Notes under the pieces: generated by a model
The model's database searches: none
Told to the model about the DNA's origin: nothing
Seen by the model: the letters and a program-made list of their open reading frames with translations, nothing else
Part shown: positions 12,342-25,190 of the stretch, piece by piece
How the letters are laid out: each line of letters opens with the position of its first letter
How positions within the stretch are numbered: the stretch's first letter is position 1
Assembly: GCF_001194135.2 (NCBI RefSeq)
Contig: NC_068983.1
Coordinates: 60,638,386-60,702,385 of the forward strand
DNA length: 64,000 nt
Reading direction: 5' to 3'
Source: Octopus bimaculoides
Lineage: Eukaryota
Position numbers and translations under genes: made by a program

Positions 12342-12579
12342 GGTTAACAGAATCAAATTGCTGATTGAGCAGAATATTTTACAACAGTCTTATGTAGATG
12401 GACTGATTCTGAGAGAAATAATCAGTAAACAAAATATGAATTTATCCAAATTTTCTTGTTGGCCAGATATTCTGTCCAGGTAAACTGCTATTCAATATTT
12501 AAATTTTACCCATAAAAGGATTTTGATATAGTATAGTATTCAATCAAAATATAAATCAAATTATAAGGTCCCACCACTT

Positions 12580-12900
12580 ACACAAGAAGCAAGATGCATC
12601 CTTACTCCCATTTTTCCACTGAGGATCTCCAGAAAGTCAGAGGTGGTTGTCAGAGAATTTCTACAACTTCACCAGCTCCAATTTCTGATCTTCTAATTCC
12701 CCAGATTGTAATCCTGTGGATTACTTATGTGTAGAGCACAGCTGAGAAAGACACCAACCACTCTGCCTGAAATATCAAGGCTGAGCTGGTGGCTAAGATC
12801 AAAGTGGTGTTCAAAGATCTTCCCAGGGACTTCAAGAGGAATGCAAGTGCCAGGTTCTGAGGCTGTAGTGGAAGCTGAGGACAGCTTGGTTGGGGAAACT
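12580..12900 (+). mobile_element. Tc1/mariner transposase C-terminal remnant
   Basis: SQRWLSENF...SNSPDCNPVDY...AKIKVVFKDLPR...EAVVEAE (WPPNSPDxNP motif), with stops and frameshifts. Confidence 0.72.
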
Positions 12901-13122
12901 GTTATCTCCCAGCCATAATCTACTGAATAGTTTTTTTTAAAAATACTTTTAATTTTTGGATGGGATATTGTGTTTTCTTTTCCTTTTATGCAAACTGACA
13001 AATTTAGCCTGAATACTCTGATATACAGGAATGAATTTAAAAGAGAACACTGTGAGAAAATTAAGGTAAAAGCAAGGTTGAAACTTTTAAAAAGAAAAGA
13101 ATTCCGTACCAGATGGCAGTAA

Positions 13123-13346
13123 TTAGTTAAAACCTAATTTGTCGTCTTTGGATGGTTGTTTCTCAGGGTAAGTTTTAATAACGTCAATCATCAGAAAGAG
13201 AAACATACAAGCAAATGCACTGAAGAAGCCAGAGAGAACATTCAGACCATAAGAAAACGACAAATAGTTCATCCAGGGCCGTGGCATCCAGTTAGGGTCA
13301 ATGGACATCTGGGCAAAGATCAATGAATCCATGAAGACCAAAGCAG
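13123..13346 (-). CDS. Claudin-like exon 3
   Basis: ttgtag|AALVFMDSLIF...WMPRPWMNYLSFSYG...KLGFN*. Confidence 0.9.
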
Positions 13347-16300
13347 CTACAAAAATAGATAATTGAGATTTAAGTGTAAGCTCTGAATATCTTACACAAG
13401 ATATTGTCAAAGTCATTTATAAACATTAATATAATCATCAATATATTGTTATATTTCAGGATGGTCATTTTTTTTTCTTGCCAAATAAACAAGCACACTA
13501 TATATTCATTCTTCATTTTTTTATTATTGTCAGGACTGGCTCCTGTGCAGGTGGCACGTAAAATACACCATTTTGAGCGTGGCCATCACCAGTACTGCCT
13601 GAATGGCCCTCGTGCCGGTGGCACGTAAAAGCACCCACTACACTCTCGGAGTGGTTGACGTTAGGAAGGGCATCCAGCTGTAGAAACTCTGCCAAATCAG
13701 ATTGGAGCCTGGTGTCACCTCCTGGTCCACCAGTCCCCAGTCAAACCGTCCAACCCATGCTAGCATGGAAAGCAGACGTTAAACGATGATGATGATGATG
13801 ATGATATATATATTTATGTATATCATGGCACTCCGTTGGTTATGACGATGAGGGTTCCAGTTGATCTGATCAATGGAACAACTTGCTCATGAAATTAACA
13901 TGCAAGTGGCTGAGGACTCCACAGACACATGTATGCTTAATGTAGTTCTCGGGGAGATTCAGTATGACACAGAGTGTGACAAGGCTGACACCCTTTGAAA
14001 TACAGGTACAACAGAAACAGAAGGAAAGAGTGCGAGAAAGTTGTGGTGAAAGAGTACAGAAGGGTTCGCCACCATCCCCTGCTGGATCCTCGTGGAGCTT
14101 TCGCTCAATAAACACTTACAATACCTGGACTGGGAATCGAAACCGCAAGCCTACGACTTCAAGTCCACTGCCCTAAGTACTGGGCCATTGTGCCGCATCC
14201 AACCCATGCCAGCATGGAAAACAGACGTTAAACGATGATGATGATGATGATGAGACACACATGCAGTTTTGTGAGCAAAGGTGACAGATATGAATGAACA
14301 GTGTAAAGACTCTCAGAAATTCAAATTTTATTAATAAATGTCAAATATATACCTGAAATCCCATTGAGAACACAATTGAGAATGAAAAGCTTCATTTTCC
14401 TGTCTTTGTAGACTGATTCAGTGGTGTAGGGGGACAAATAGAGCAAAATCAGAAGAAGCGAACCAAGATCACAGAGAAGTGTAAAGATGGCAAAAGCCTG
14501 CACTGCTCGGAACCAATCTAAAAATATAAAGCAAAAGTACAACAGATTGATAGTCTTTCCTTTCAAAGTATAATGTAATAAATGCATTTATGTAACATCA
14601 AACCATGAGGACAGAATTGTAGAAGTCATCATCATCATCATTTAACATCCATTTTCCATACTGGTATGGGTTGGACAGTTTGCCAGGAGCTGCACCAGGC
14701 TGGCTAGCTCCTGTCAAACCATCCAACACATGTCAGCATGGAAAACAGATGTTAAATGAGAATGATGTATTGGATATGTTTTTTTTAAAGACATCTGGGA
14801 GAGAGTTGACTGTTATTTTTAGCAAGACAAGTGACCATGTAACAGCTTCCTCATTGTTTTGGCAGTCACAGAAATTATTGTTACTAGACTTTTTCGGAAG
14901 ATGTGGGGAATGGAAGACGAGTTTTACTAAGTCTTAAATATAAATCTGTAACCTTGGAGAGAAACGGTGGAAGAAGTGGACCCAGGAAGACATGGGATGA
15001 GGTGGTGAAGCATGATCTTCAGATGTTGAATCTTACAGAGGCAATGTGATCAAGACTTGTGGCAAGTGACATATCAAGCCAAGTGAAATCACAGTTGTGG
15101 TCAGTGCCAGTGATATGTAAAAGACACCCATTATCCTCTTGGAGTGGTTGGCTTAAGGAAGGGCATCCAGCCATAGAAACCAAGCCAAATCAGACTGGAA
15201 CCTGGTGCAGCTTACCAGTTCCAGTCAAAAAGTTTAACCCATGCCAGCATGGAAAACAGATGCTAAATGATGATGCTGTAACTGTCTCTGCTAGACATTG
15301 TATTCTACACCAAGAGGTATTTTATGGAAAAATGGGGTAGAAATGCTCCTTGCTTCTCGTGTAAGTGGTGAGACCTTATAACTTGATTAACATTTTGATT
15401 GATAGCTGTACTACATTCCCCCATACTCATATATGTGTGTGTGTTTGTGTTTATCCCCCCAACATCGCTTGACAACCGACGCTGGTGTATTTACGTCCTC
15501 GTAACTTAGCGATTCGGAAAAAGTGACCGATAGAATAAGTACTAGGTTTACAAAGAATAAGTCCTAGGGTCGATTTGCTCAACTAAAGGCGGTGCTCCAG
15601 CATGGCCACAGTCAAATGACTGAAACAAGTGAAGGAGTAAATATTGTTTACTTCTTGACTTGAAGTGAGGAAAATAATGGATAACAAGTCTCAAGGTAAA
15701 AGAGGTAACAAATGCATAACAAAAACATTCAATACTACCTCGATGGAATTTCCACACTGACTAAAAGAATCAAATGTTTCAAACAAAATACAATTTCAAA
15801 AGAAACCATCTCAAAGTTTTCAAAACAACTGGAGAATCTCCACAGTTACTGTTTAAAAAGTAAATGCATATTCTTTAAGTCAATATATTTTAATGTTTCT
15901 CAGATAAGCTCCTTTTCAGAACTATTACAGTCTTAAAACCGTTTTTCTAATTATTTTTCCCAACAATATTTCAAGATTTGGAGATTTGATCTTTCATAAC
16001 ACAATCCAGGTAAGGAAGAGATCAGCACACAAAATAATCGAATGTTTATGGAATTACAAGAAAAGAAACTTTAAAAAAGATGTTGAGGTTTCAGTCATAC
16101 ATTTTTGAATTTCTGTGGTTTGACTAAATGAAGCAACAAGGAAGTTTGCATATTTTCCAAACTTTTGTTAATTAACAAAGAACATATAATTAATGTTTTT
16201 TTAAAGGAAGTTTCGAATTAAATATTTGTAAATCTATTTCTTTTCCTTTTAAAACGCAAGTAAACAATAATTCTTGTCTGTATTTATGTATGTGTGTGTG

Positions 16301-17099
16301 TATACACGCATTCTTATTGCGTCAAAAATATGCTTCTTCTACGTATTCATCATAATGTCCTCTCAATAGTTATTCAATCAATTTATTTTTAATTATCTAA
16401 TTTAACTTTTCTCGTTGAGCTTGAAGACATTTAATAAAATTTGCTTGGATTTTGTAAATATCGTAAAAATTCCTTCAACGTTTTCGTGAACATTTGTTAT
16501 TTAGAGAAACGGAAATCAAGTTCTGGCCACCCAGTTAGAAATAACCTGGAAATTTACATTCTTTCATAAACATAGAAAAAACTTTGAGACTGAGAGTTTC
16601 AATAAGTTTATACAAACATTATTTATGAAATAGATGGCTTCAAGATCAGATATTTAAATATTGCTGGGATGCAGCTGGATATGTTTTTATATATTGATTG
16701 CCAAAACGTTGAAATGAAGGGCAGAAATGATAAACATCGTTGGCCACCTAATTAATTTGAGTCATTAATTACCATTAAATGTATTTGACAGACAAATATA
16801 GAAATCCAAAGGAAAATAAAGAGACATAAAAACATTTTCTTACGTGGCATAATGTTATAGCTGGCATCATTGAATATTGTTGAGTGAATCCACCAACAAC
16901 CAACATAGGCATGCATAGTTGGGTCTCGAGGTTTGATGTAACCTGAAAGACAAACATGCCAAAGACCTACGTTTGCCATGGGGCTGTGGACACGGGTCCA
17001 TGACTTGATCCAGTAAGGAGAAGCAAAAGCCACAAACGCACAAAAAAACGCACAAGTTATACAAATCGAACTCAACGTAAACAAGGTGCGGCCCGCCAT
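13123..17099 (-). CDS. Invertebrate claudin-like 4-TM protein (PMP22/claudin superfamily; resembles Drosophila septate-junction claudins), 3 coding exons, 214 aa
   Basis: Exons 17099-16844, 14517-14353 and 13346-13123 join in phase (645 nt). Shows the claudin ECL1 signature (SPYW...GLWHVC...C), four hydrophobic helices and WMPRPWMNYLSFSYG in ECL2. Confidence 0.9.
13830..14195 (-). repeat. tRNA-headed SINE (same family as 24830-25190 and 44840-45110)
   Basis: Shared body ctgtggagtgctcagccacttgcatgttaatttcacgagcaggctgttccgttg; A/B-box-like head. Confidence 0.7.
14353..14517 (-). CDS. Claudin-like exon 2
   Basis: ttttag|HWFRAVQAFAIFTLL...CVLNGIS|gtatat. Confidence 0.9.
16844..17099 (-). CDS. 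Claudin-like exon 1
   Basis: MAGRTLF...FASPYW...GLWHVCL...GCWW...NIMP|gtaaga. Confidence 0.92.
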
Positions 17100-18074
17100 A
17101 TTTGTAATTCTTTAAACTCTGACCTACTTCTTCCTTCAGGTAAAAACTGGATTAATCAACAGGTGGACGAGTCCATTCGTATCACTAGCTGTAACAGGTT
17201 GACTTATTTATTCACGAAACAATTACACAAATAGATAAATAAATAATTCATTAAATATAATATAATATAATATAATAAAATAAAATATAATATAATATAA
17301 CACTCTTCCTTGAGGTAAAATTGGATTGCTGAACAGATGGACGGGTCCACATATATTCTTGGGTGTAAGCAGGTCGACTTATTTCCGGAACAATATAACG
17401 TATTTATATAGGGTCGGAGCAAAATGGTCAAGTACGGTAAAATGAGTAATTTCTGACTTTTCACTATTTTCTCCCTTTCCTTAGAAGCATTGCATCATTT
17501 TCCTCTACTATCGCATCATCTTTGGGAGTAAAAACTGGTCAGCTTCGTTATTATTGTTGAAGTTGAGAGAGTTTGAAACACAGATGACAAGTACTTTTTT
17601 TCTCAAGCAATTTTCCATCAACTTTGACCCAATTGAAAACGTGGTTGCTAATAAAATATCAGGATAAATTTTGATGCTTAACAATCAATATTCTTTTCTC
17701 TTTAGGATTTCAAGTCAATTTTTCCGCCACACTAATGTCTAACTTGATCATTTTCAATTTTCAAAACGTGATGCCTAAAGTGGGACAAAATGAGTAATGA
17801 TTAATTTCAATAATTTATTCCTTTTAACGGCATGGTGCGTAGATATATTGGGAAGAGAGCCACTCGAACAGAGGAAGCTATAGAGAATTTTTTATGTTGA
17901 GTTGTCCTCCTACCGTTGTTTAACAGCTGATGTTGGTGTGTTTATGTCCCCATAACTTAGTGGTTCGGCAAAAGAGACTGATAGAATAAGTACTAGGCTT
18001 ACAAAGAACAAGTCCCGGGGTCGATTTGTTTGAATAAAAGGCGGTGCTCCAGCATGGCTGCAAATGACTGAAAC

Positions 18075-19000
18075 ATCATCATCATCATTTAATGTCTGTT
18101 GTCCATGCTAGTATGGGTTAGACGGTTTGACCAGGGCCAGTAAGCTGGAAGGCTGCACCAGACCCCAGTCTGATTTGGCATGGTTTTCTACAGCTGGATG
18201 CCCTTCCTTACACTAACCACTCTGAGAGTGTAATAGGTGCCTTTACATGCCACCGTCATGTGTGACACTGGGGTGCATTTATGTGCCACTCGCATGGGTA
18301 CCAATTTGCATGACACTGGTATCTGCTATGACTGCAATTTTGCTCAGCTTGATGGGTTTTCTTCTCAAGCACAACATAATACCAAGGGTCTTGATCATTA
18401 CTTCCATGAAGCCTAATGCTCGAAAGGAACTCAGCCACCTTGTCTCTGTTAGGCTCAACACTTGAAAGGAACTCAGCTACTTTGCCTCCATGAGGCCCAA
18501 TGCTTGAAAGGAACTCAGCCTCTCGTCTCTGTGAGGCCCGATGTTCAAAAGATGTTCTTTACATGCCACCAGTATGGGTACACTTGGCTTCACAGGTCCT
18601 TTCAAGCACAGCACATCGCAAAATGTTTTGGTCACCAGTCATTGCCTCTGTGAGGCTCAAAGTTCAAAGATTATGCTTCACCACCTCGTCCCATGTCTTC
18701 CTGGGTCTACTTCTACTACAGGTTCCCTCTACAGTTAGAGATCAGCACTTCTTTACACAGCTGTCCTCATCAAGACACATCACATGACCATACCAGTGCA
18801 GTCGTCTCTCTTGCACACTACAGCTGCTTCCTCTTATGCCTAACTTTTCTCTCAAGATGCTTACACTCTGTTGAACTTGCACACTGACACTGCTCACCGT
18901 TGCCAGCAGAGGTAGAAGCTCTCTGAACTTTGCCCAGCCTAATCTTATTCTCACAGCTACACTCTCGGACCATCCACCTCCACTACTAACTTGGTCACCG
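18075..19000 (-). mobile_element. RTE LINE 3' fragment with SINE-type tail
   Basis: RIRLGWAKFRELLPLL...[11 protein letters not shown]; related pieces at ~21520-21680 and 54895-55430. Confidence 0.8.
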
Positions 19001-19296
19001 AGGTAACGGAAGCTATCTACTACCTCTAGCTTACCCCCTGGTAGTTCATGACATCTATTTTCTGCACATTTTCAGCATTTATTGTACCAGTGCACCTCCA
19101 GGCAACATGGTTAGAATATAAGATAACAGGTCAACACTTAGTAAAAGAGGTTAGGAAGCTAAAGGTGGTGGGTGAAATAAAATAGCATAAAATAAATTAA
19201 AAAATAGTAGAATACAATGAGGTATGGAAAAGTTTAATTTTCATGATAGATCTAAGGATATAAAAGTTTTAAAGTTTCATCGATGAAAAAGATTAA

Positions 19297-19514
19297 CCCT
19301 TTCATTACCAACCCACCTGAAACCACCTCTGGCTCTGTAGTACAAATGTCTTGGTTTCATAAGTTTTGAATTAAAATCTTCCACCAAACCTTAGTCACAA
19401 TTTATGTTCCTAACACTAGCTTAATGATGACTAATTTTACTAAATTCTTTGTTATATTTAAAAGTAATTGAAAGAAACACAGAGCATTTCAAAATAAATA
19501 CAGTAACGAAAGGG
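19297..19514. mobile_element. piggyBac-type MITE
   Basis: TTAA|CCCTTTCATTAC ... GTAACGAAAGGG|CTAG (right TSD decayed). Confidence 0.65.
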
Positions 19515-19619
19515 CTAGGGATATATAAAAGGCTTATGGATGTGGAAGTAGATATAAAAATAGATAGGTGGATAAATAAGTAGACAGACAGAAGGGCAAG
19601 TTAAGAGATAGAGAGTTTA

Positions 19620-20290
19620 ATTTACTTGTGGTGTGTGACTTGTAGAGAGCCTTGTTGCTGTGTGTTACAGTTTATTTCGTTAGCACTTTTGAACCAATGA
19701 TTCTTCATCAGGCATTTTTTATTTTAGTTCTTATTAGATGATGATTATTGCTAGTGCCAGTTAAAGATCCTGCAAGTAGTAGATGTATTTCCATATATCT
19801 GGTTCATTATAGCAGTTAAGGCTAGGTATCATCTTCTTAAGGAAGTGTGTCTTTGTGATTCTGAGGTTAACATGTCTGCCCTTCTTGCCAGTGTACAGGT
19901 GGAGAAATCTCCACCAGTCTTAGTGGTGTTGGAATATGGCACTGGGTGGTATAACCTTGGGGAGAAGTTCCTTCACTCTCAGGTGAAGATGTCTTCTGAT
20001 TGATCCTATGCATGTCACTCCACAAGAGCATGTCAGTGGTACACTATGTTAGGTTTAAAACAGCTGGATGCTGTCCTTTGATTGTATTGTTTATATTGGT
20101 CACTGGTTTAGGCAGCATGCATCTGGTGTGTTATTGGTATGGAAGAGGTAGTGTTTGAGCTGTCTCGTGATTCTGACATTATAGTTTTTCCTTGATTATA
20201 TTGTTAATTAATTTGATTTGTTCTACATTCTTTTGGTTTTGTAGCTAATTTGAACATTTTTTTGCTTTCTTGAAATATCTTACCTTTACA
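19620..20290 (-). mobile_element. Penelope-like element 3' remnant (GIY-YIG + decayed hammerhead motif)
   Basis: NIVY..CSCGVTCIGSIRRHLHLRVKE GIY-YIG-like motif; CTGATGA-A-GAATC/GGTTC stem at 19682-19711; 185 bp duplicated at 21023-21207. Confidence 0.7.
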
Positions 20291-21984
20291 TGTCCAAGTC
20301 CTACTATTTAGTATAATGCGTAAGCACACAACTGAGTCTCTCACCCAATAACCCTGTCATGTCCACAACTGGGTTCCTTCCCAAGCCCATTGTTCCCCCA
20401 CCCATATTTACTATCACCCTCACAACATTTAACTCCTACCTCTCATCTCCTAATCACTTTATCCCTTCATCACTCTCCTATCTACAGTATTATTCTACTA
20501 CTGTTAGTAATGAAATTAGAACCTGTCACTACAATCCATTTTATATTATTATTTCTGTACTGCCATTCATCACTTTCTCTCATTCCTGAACTACTTCCAA
20601 TTGACATCCATCCATCATTTTTTTATCATTATCCCATTCACCATTCACCTCCAATATACATATGACTGTCACTTTTACTCTCTCCTCACATTCTGACAAC
20701 TTTATTCTTCCATGCTCTCTTCTCTGCAACTCCTTGGTCATGTCACCTCTACTGTTACCTCCCATTGTGGTACCACTCCATCCACACACTGTTTCTACTC
20801 CTTCCATCATTCTCAACAGTTTACAGGTGGCCACTCTTATCTTCTAATCTTCTGCTTAGTTGAAGGGTCTCTTTAGCCACTAGAAACACACCCTGTGACC
20901 CTGTAAAGAAGTGGTTACAGTTAGAAAGAGTATCCAGCTGTATAAACTACATACAGAACCTGAGACATTGGAGCAAAATCTGATCCTCTAACTCACTGGA
21001 TCCTGTCTAACCACCCAAACCATTCTGAGGTTAACATGTCTGTCCTTCTTGCCAGTGTTAAGGTGGAGAAATCTCTACCAGTCTTAGTGGTATTGGAATA
21101 TGGCACTGGGTGGTATGACCTTGTGGAGAAGTTCCTTCACTCTCAGGTGAAGATGTCTTCTAATTGATCCTATGTATGTCACTCCACAAGAACATGTCAG
21201 TGGTACATTCCAGTAGGGAAAGCATAGCATGGAAAGCAGACGTTAAATGATGATGATGATGATATAAGTTCCTTTCTTTCTAGTCTTGTCTACTTAGATA
21301 TGCAGAAGTTTGTTAAAATCAACTCTTTGATTTTTGTTTTTTGCTCTTCAAAAGATCCTCATAAATAAGCAAAACACAGTTGCTTCTTGCCATGTTACAG
21401 CAACTGGAGGCAAATTGCTTAGTGGCTAGGGTGTTGGACTCATGTAATCAAAGCCCATATTTCACTGCCATGTAGCATAGCTGCATGTACACAGGCATCA
21501 TGCAATCTGCCTTTCACTCTAAGGGAGAGGCCCTTTGTTATGAACAAAGGTAGAAGCTCTCTGAACTTTATCCAGCCCGTTCTTATTCTAGCAACTACAC
21601 TTTCGGATCTTCCTCCTCCAACTGCTAACTTGGTCTCCTAGGTAACAAAAGCCATCACTTCTAATGATCCCCCTGAACATTTGAGGGAGTCTATTGTCTG
21701 TGCATTTTTAGAGCTTATTGTACCTGCACATTTGCCACACACAAAGACTATTTTCTCCACATGTGTATGTATATATATATATATAATGTCTGCTTTCCAT
21801 GCTAGCATGGGTGGGACAGTTTCACAAGAGCCAGCCAGGCAGAAGCCTGCACCAGACTTTTGTGACTGTTTTGGCAGGATTTTTACAGCTGGATACTTTT
21901 CCTAACATCAACCACTCAACAGAGTGGACTTATTGCTTTTTATGTAGCACAAGCACAGGCGAGGTCAGTAGTGCTTTTTAAACA

Positions 21985-22150
21985 AGGAAGTGATATTACT
22001 TCGAATCAACATTGCCATTAGAACAGCAGAAATACAGGGTAAATTACCCTTACAAGGCAGAAAAAGTCGTCAACAAACAGCCATGGGAATTGAACCCACA
22101 TTCCCCAAGACACCGGATGAGGACTTTTCCATTAAGCTAAACTGCCTGCT
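21985..22150 (-). repeat. tRNA-derived SINE, inverted partner of 23578-23760
   Basis: Reverse complement matches gtttagcttaatg...ggttcgagtcccatggctg...gggtaatttaccc... Confidence 0.7.
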
Positions 22151-22397
22151 GATAACTCATCTGCAGATTTTAAATACTAAATAGCTTAGTGAACAACCAC
22201 ATGTGTATATATTACAGTTACCAGTCAAAAATAGTCTTGAAATGTTTGTTTTTATTAGAAGCGTTGAAATGTGTATTGTGTGATACAAACAAAAAGGTGA
22301 TATTTTTTCAAATGTAACATTGTGCACAATACACATTTCAACAATTCCAATAAAAACAGATGTTTGTTTTTATATAATACATATATATATATACATT

Positions 22398-23530
22398 AGG
22401 GGTGTGCAGTGATCTTTCTGGCTGGGGAAGCAATGACCAAAATTTTCTGTCACATAGATATTTGAATTAAATTGACAAGTTCATATTATACAGCTATTTT
22501 TAAAATAAAAAAAAAGATCACAATTAAAACTTACCTATTTTATTTAAATGTTAATTCAATCCTTCTTTCTTTCTTGTTGAAATTGTCGATAACATTATTG
22601 TAGAAGGTATCATTTTTAATGCTTTTTAAAATGGCTTTTTCTATGCCAGTTAGAGCTAAACTGCTCAGCCTTTCTTGTATAATTATGAATTCTCCTTAGG
22701 TATGAAAAGGAGCACTCCACTGTAGCATTTGTTGCTGGTAGTGTTAATATTAATTCACAAAGCTTCATCTAATCCACTATTATGCAGAATGTAAAGTAAA
22801 TCTTGAACGGATTTTCCTTTTAGTTCAGCATCTTTGTACAAAGCAGTAAGTTCACTGCTTAACTTTTGGCTGTTGAAATGGTCTCAATAAGAATGCTTAA
22901 GGCAAGTTAGAGATGTTTCCTGGACGTCGTTATTTTGTCTCATTAGATAAAAAAAGCACTAAAAAATGTAATTCATTTAAATTTTGAAATCGTATCTCAA
23001 TTTGCTCACAAATTAAATCTATAATTTTGTAGAACAGCTGTCTGGATCTTCTGTTTCAAACGTATTTTTTCTTTTCTTCATTTGAGGATAAATGCCATCA
23101 ACGTCAGCCCAAAATTTAGAAAATTCATGCTTTTTTTCTTTCAAAACTTTCACAATTTCACTTACTTTACGAATACAATAGGACATGTCAAATGTTTATT
23201 TTCTGGAGGAGGTCAAATGTTGCATTTGTGTAAACAAAAAATTGAATTCACAATTTTGTAAATTAGATTGCAACACCTGAGCATAGGTATAGCTTTCTGT
23301 GTTCCATTTACTCAAATTATCAATAACATTTTGGAATAAATCAGCAAGTTGCTCATGATATTCATGAACTGTTTCTACCAACGAATGATTCAAATTCCAG
23401 AGAGTTGGCACCACTTTTGGAAAACATTGGAAGAACAATCTTATGAAAAATAAATAATTTCAATTTTGTTTCTATAATTTTTAAGGGAAGCACTGCTTCC
23501 CTTGCTTCCATGGACCTACGATACACGTGG
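22398..23530 (-). mobile_element. hAT (Tip100-like) transposon remnant
   Basis: hAT dimerisation domain LILTLPATNATVECSFSYLRRI...RLSSLALTGIEK; upstream TLWN...VETVHE...FNFLF; GGGAAGCA motifs near both ends. Boundaries approximate. Confidence 0.75.
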
Positions 23531-23577
23531 TCGTTCACTAAACTATTTAGTATCTATAATTGGTGGATGAGTTATCA

Positions 23578-23760
23578 ATGGGTAGTTTAGCTTAATGATA
23601 AAGCACTCAGCCAGCATCTTGTGGGATATGGGTTCGAGTCCCATGGCTGGTTGTTGACAAGTTTTTCTTCTTTGTAAGGGTAATTTACCCAATATTTCTG
23701 CTGCTCTAACAGCAATGTTGCATTTGAAAAAATATCACCTTGTTTGTATTGTACTATTTT
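23578..23760 (+). repeat. tRNA-derived SINE
   Basis: A-box TAGCTTAATG and B-box GGTTCGAGTCC; not a foldable tRNA gene. Confidence 0.7.
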
Positions 23761-24829
23761 CTCTGTTAGCCTTCCTGTGATACTGCTACACCTTGTATGT
23801 ATCCAAAGCTTGCACTGGGTACAACATATGATATATATAAATACATACATATAATTTGTGTGTGTATGTGTATGTATATATATCATCATCATCATCATCA
23901 TCATATATAAATGACAAGGTATAAATAACGGTCATATTCTTTTATTGTAGTAAATTTGACTAAAAGCTGTTTCCAGTAATCATTATAGGTTCGTTCATTG
24001 ATTGCTTTACTCAATCAGTCCGTTGATCAGTTTTCTGCAGAGTGGTTGCTGTTAGGAGGGGCATCTAGCTGTAAAAACCATGCCAGAACAGATACAGAAG
24101 ACTGGTGCAGTCTTCTGCCTGGCCAGCTCCTGTCAAACCGTCCAACCCATACCAGCATGGAAAGCAGACATTAAACAATGATGGACTTGGAAACTTCTGG
24201 TTCGATACCAAAGTGCACATTTAGCCTACCAGGTTGTGCTGAACTCTACATTGTGCTGAAAGCAGCTCTCTTGGGGTTGTTTGTTGCTCGTATTGAGCAG
24301 GTGAATGATGATACATTTTAAACATATGAGATGGCTTTATTACCATGTAATAGCATATGTATGGCATATGGTTGCTGACTGCATAAACAACGACTTTACC
24401 TTAATATTTGTTGCTGGACATCATGTTTGGTGTTGGCTATTTACAATGAAAGACAATAATATAATTGCTGATTGAGAGGAGAGAAAACAGTCATGTCTGT
24501 AGAAAGTTACCAATGGGACATTGTGTGAATGTTCAGAATCAGTCTGTCTGAATACGGAGTTGTCTGTGCAGAAGTCTGAAAACTGCCTGCTTGAATGCTG
24601 GAGGTCGTCTGCCAAGTGAATTAGGCACCAAGAGGATAAATACTAGAACACCTGTGAAGCCATATCATGCTGCAGCCGATTGATTGATTTATAAATCAAT
24701 CATGTGAAACTGTGGTGACTCACTCGTGATACTTAACTGAATGGTTAGAGTTTGAATCATTACTCAACAAATCCTGGAGATGGAGAACTAATGAAAAAAC
24801 CTATGGTGTGTTTGTGGCAAACTTGTGGA

Positions 24830-25190
24830 GGCGCAATGGCCCAGTGGTTAGGGCAGCGGACTCGTGGTCATAGGATCGCGGTTTCGATTCCCAGACTGGG
24901 CATTGTGAGTGTTTATTGAGCAAAAATACCTAAAAAGCTCCACGAGGCTCTGGCAGGGGATGGTGGCGAACCCTGCTGTACTCTTCCACCACAACTTTCT
25001 CTCACTCTTTCTTCCTGTTTCTGTTGTGCCTGTAATTCAAAGGGTCAGCCTTGTCATGCTGAATATCGTCGAGAACTACGTTAAGGGTACACTTGTCTGT
25101 GGAGTGCTCAGCCACTTGCATGTTAATTTCACGAGCAGGCTGTTCCGTTGGTTGGATCAACTGGAACCCTCGACGGAGTGCCAACAACAT
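24830..25190 (+). repeat. tRNA-headed SINE
   Basis: TGGCCCAGTGG (A box) and GGTTTCGATTCC (B box) followed by the family body. Confidence 0.78.

Noticed and set aside
12348-12480. Possible plus-strand exon (ag|IKLLIEQ...PDILS|gt), with similar weak candidates at ~9180-9350, 10820-10880 and 15712-15936
   Set aside because: No recognisable homology and no consistent phase chain could be built.
12693-13001. 102-aa minus ORF as a fourth claudin exon
   Set aside because: It lies after the claudin stop and is antisense to a Tc1/mariner remnant.
23578-23650. Possible tRNA genes here and at 22080-22150, 24830-24900, 34570-34630, 57610-57680
   Set aside because: A/B boxes are present but acceptor stems do not close, and each continues into a repeat body; these are SINE heads.
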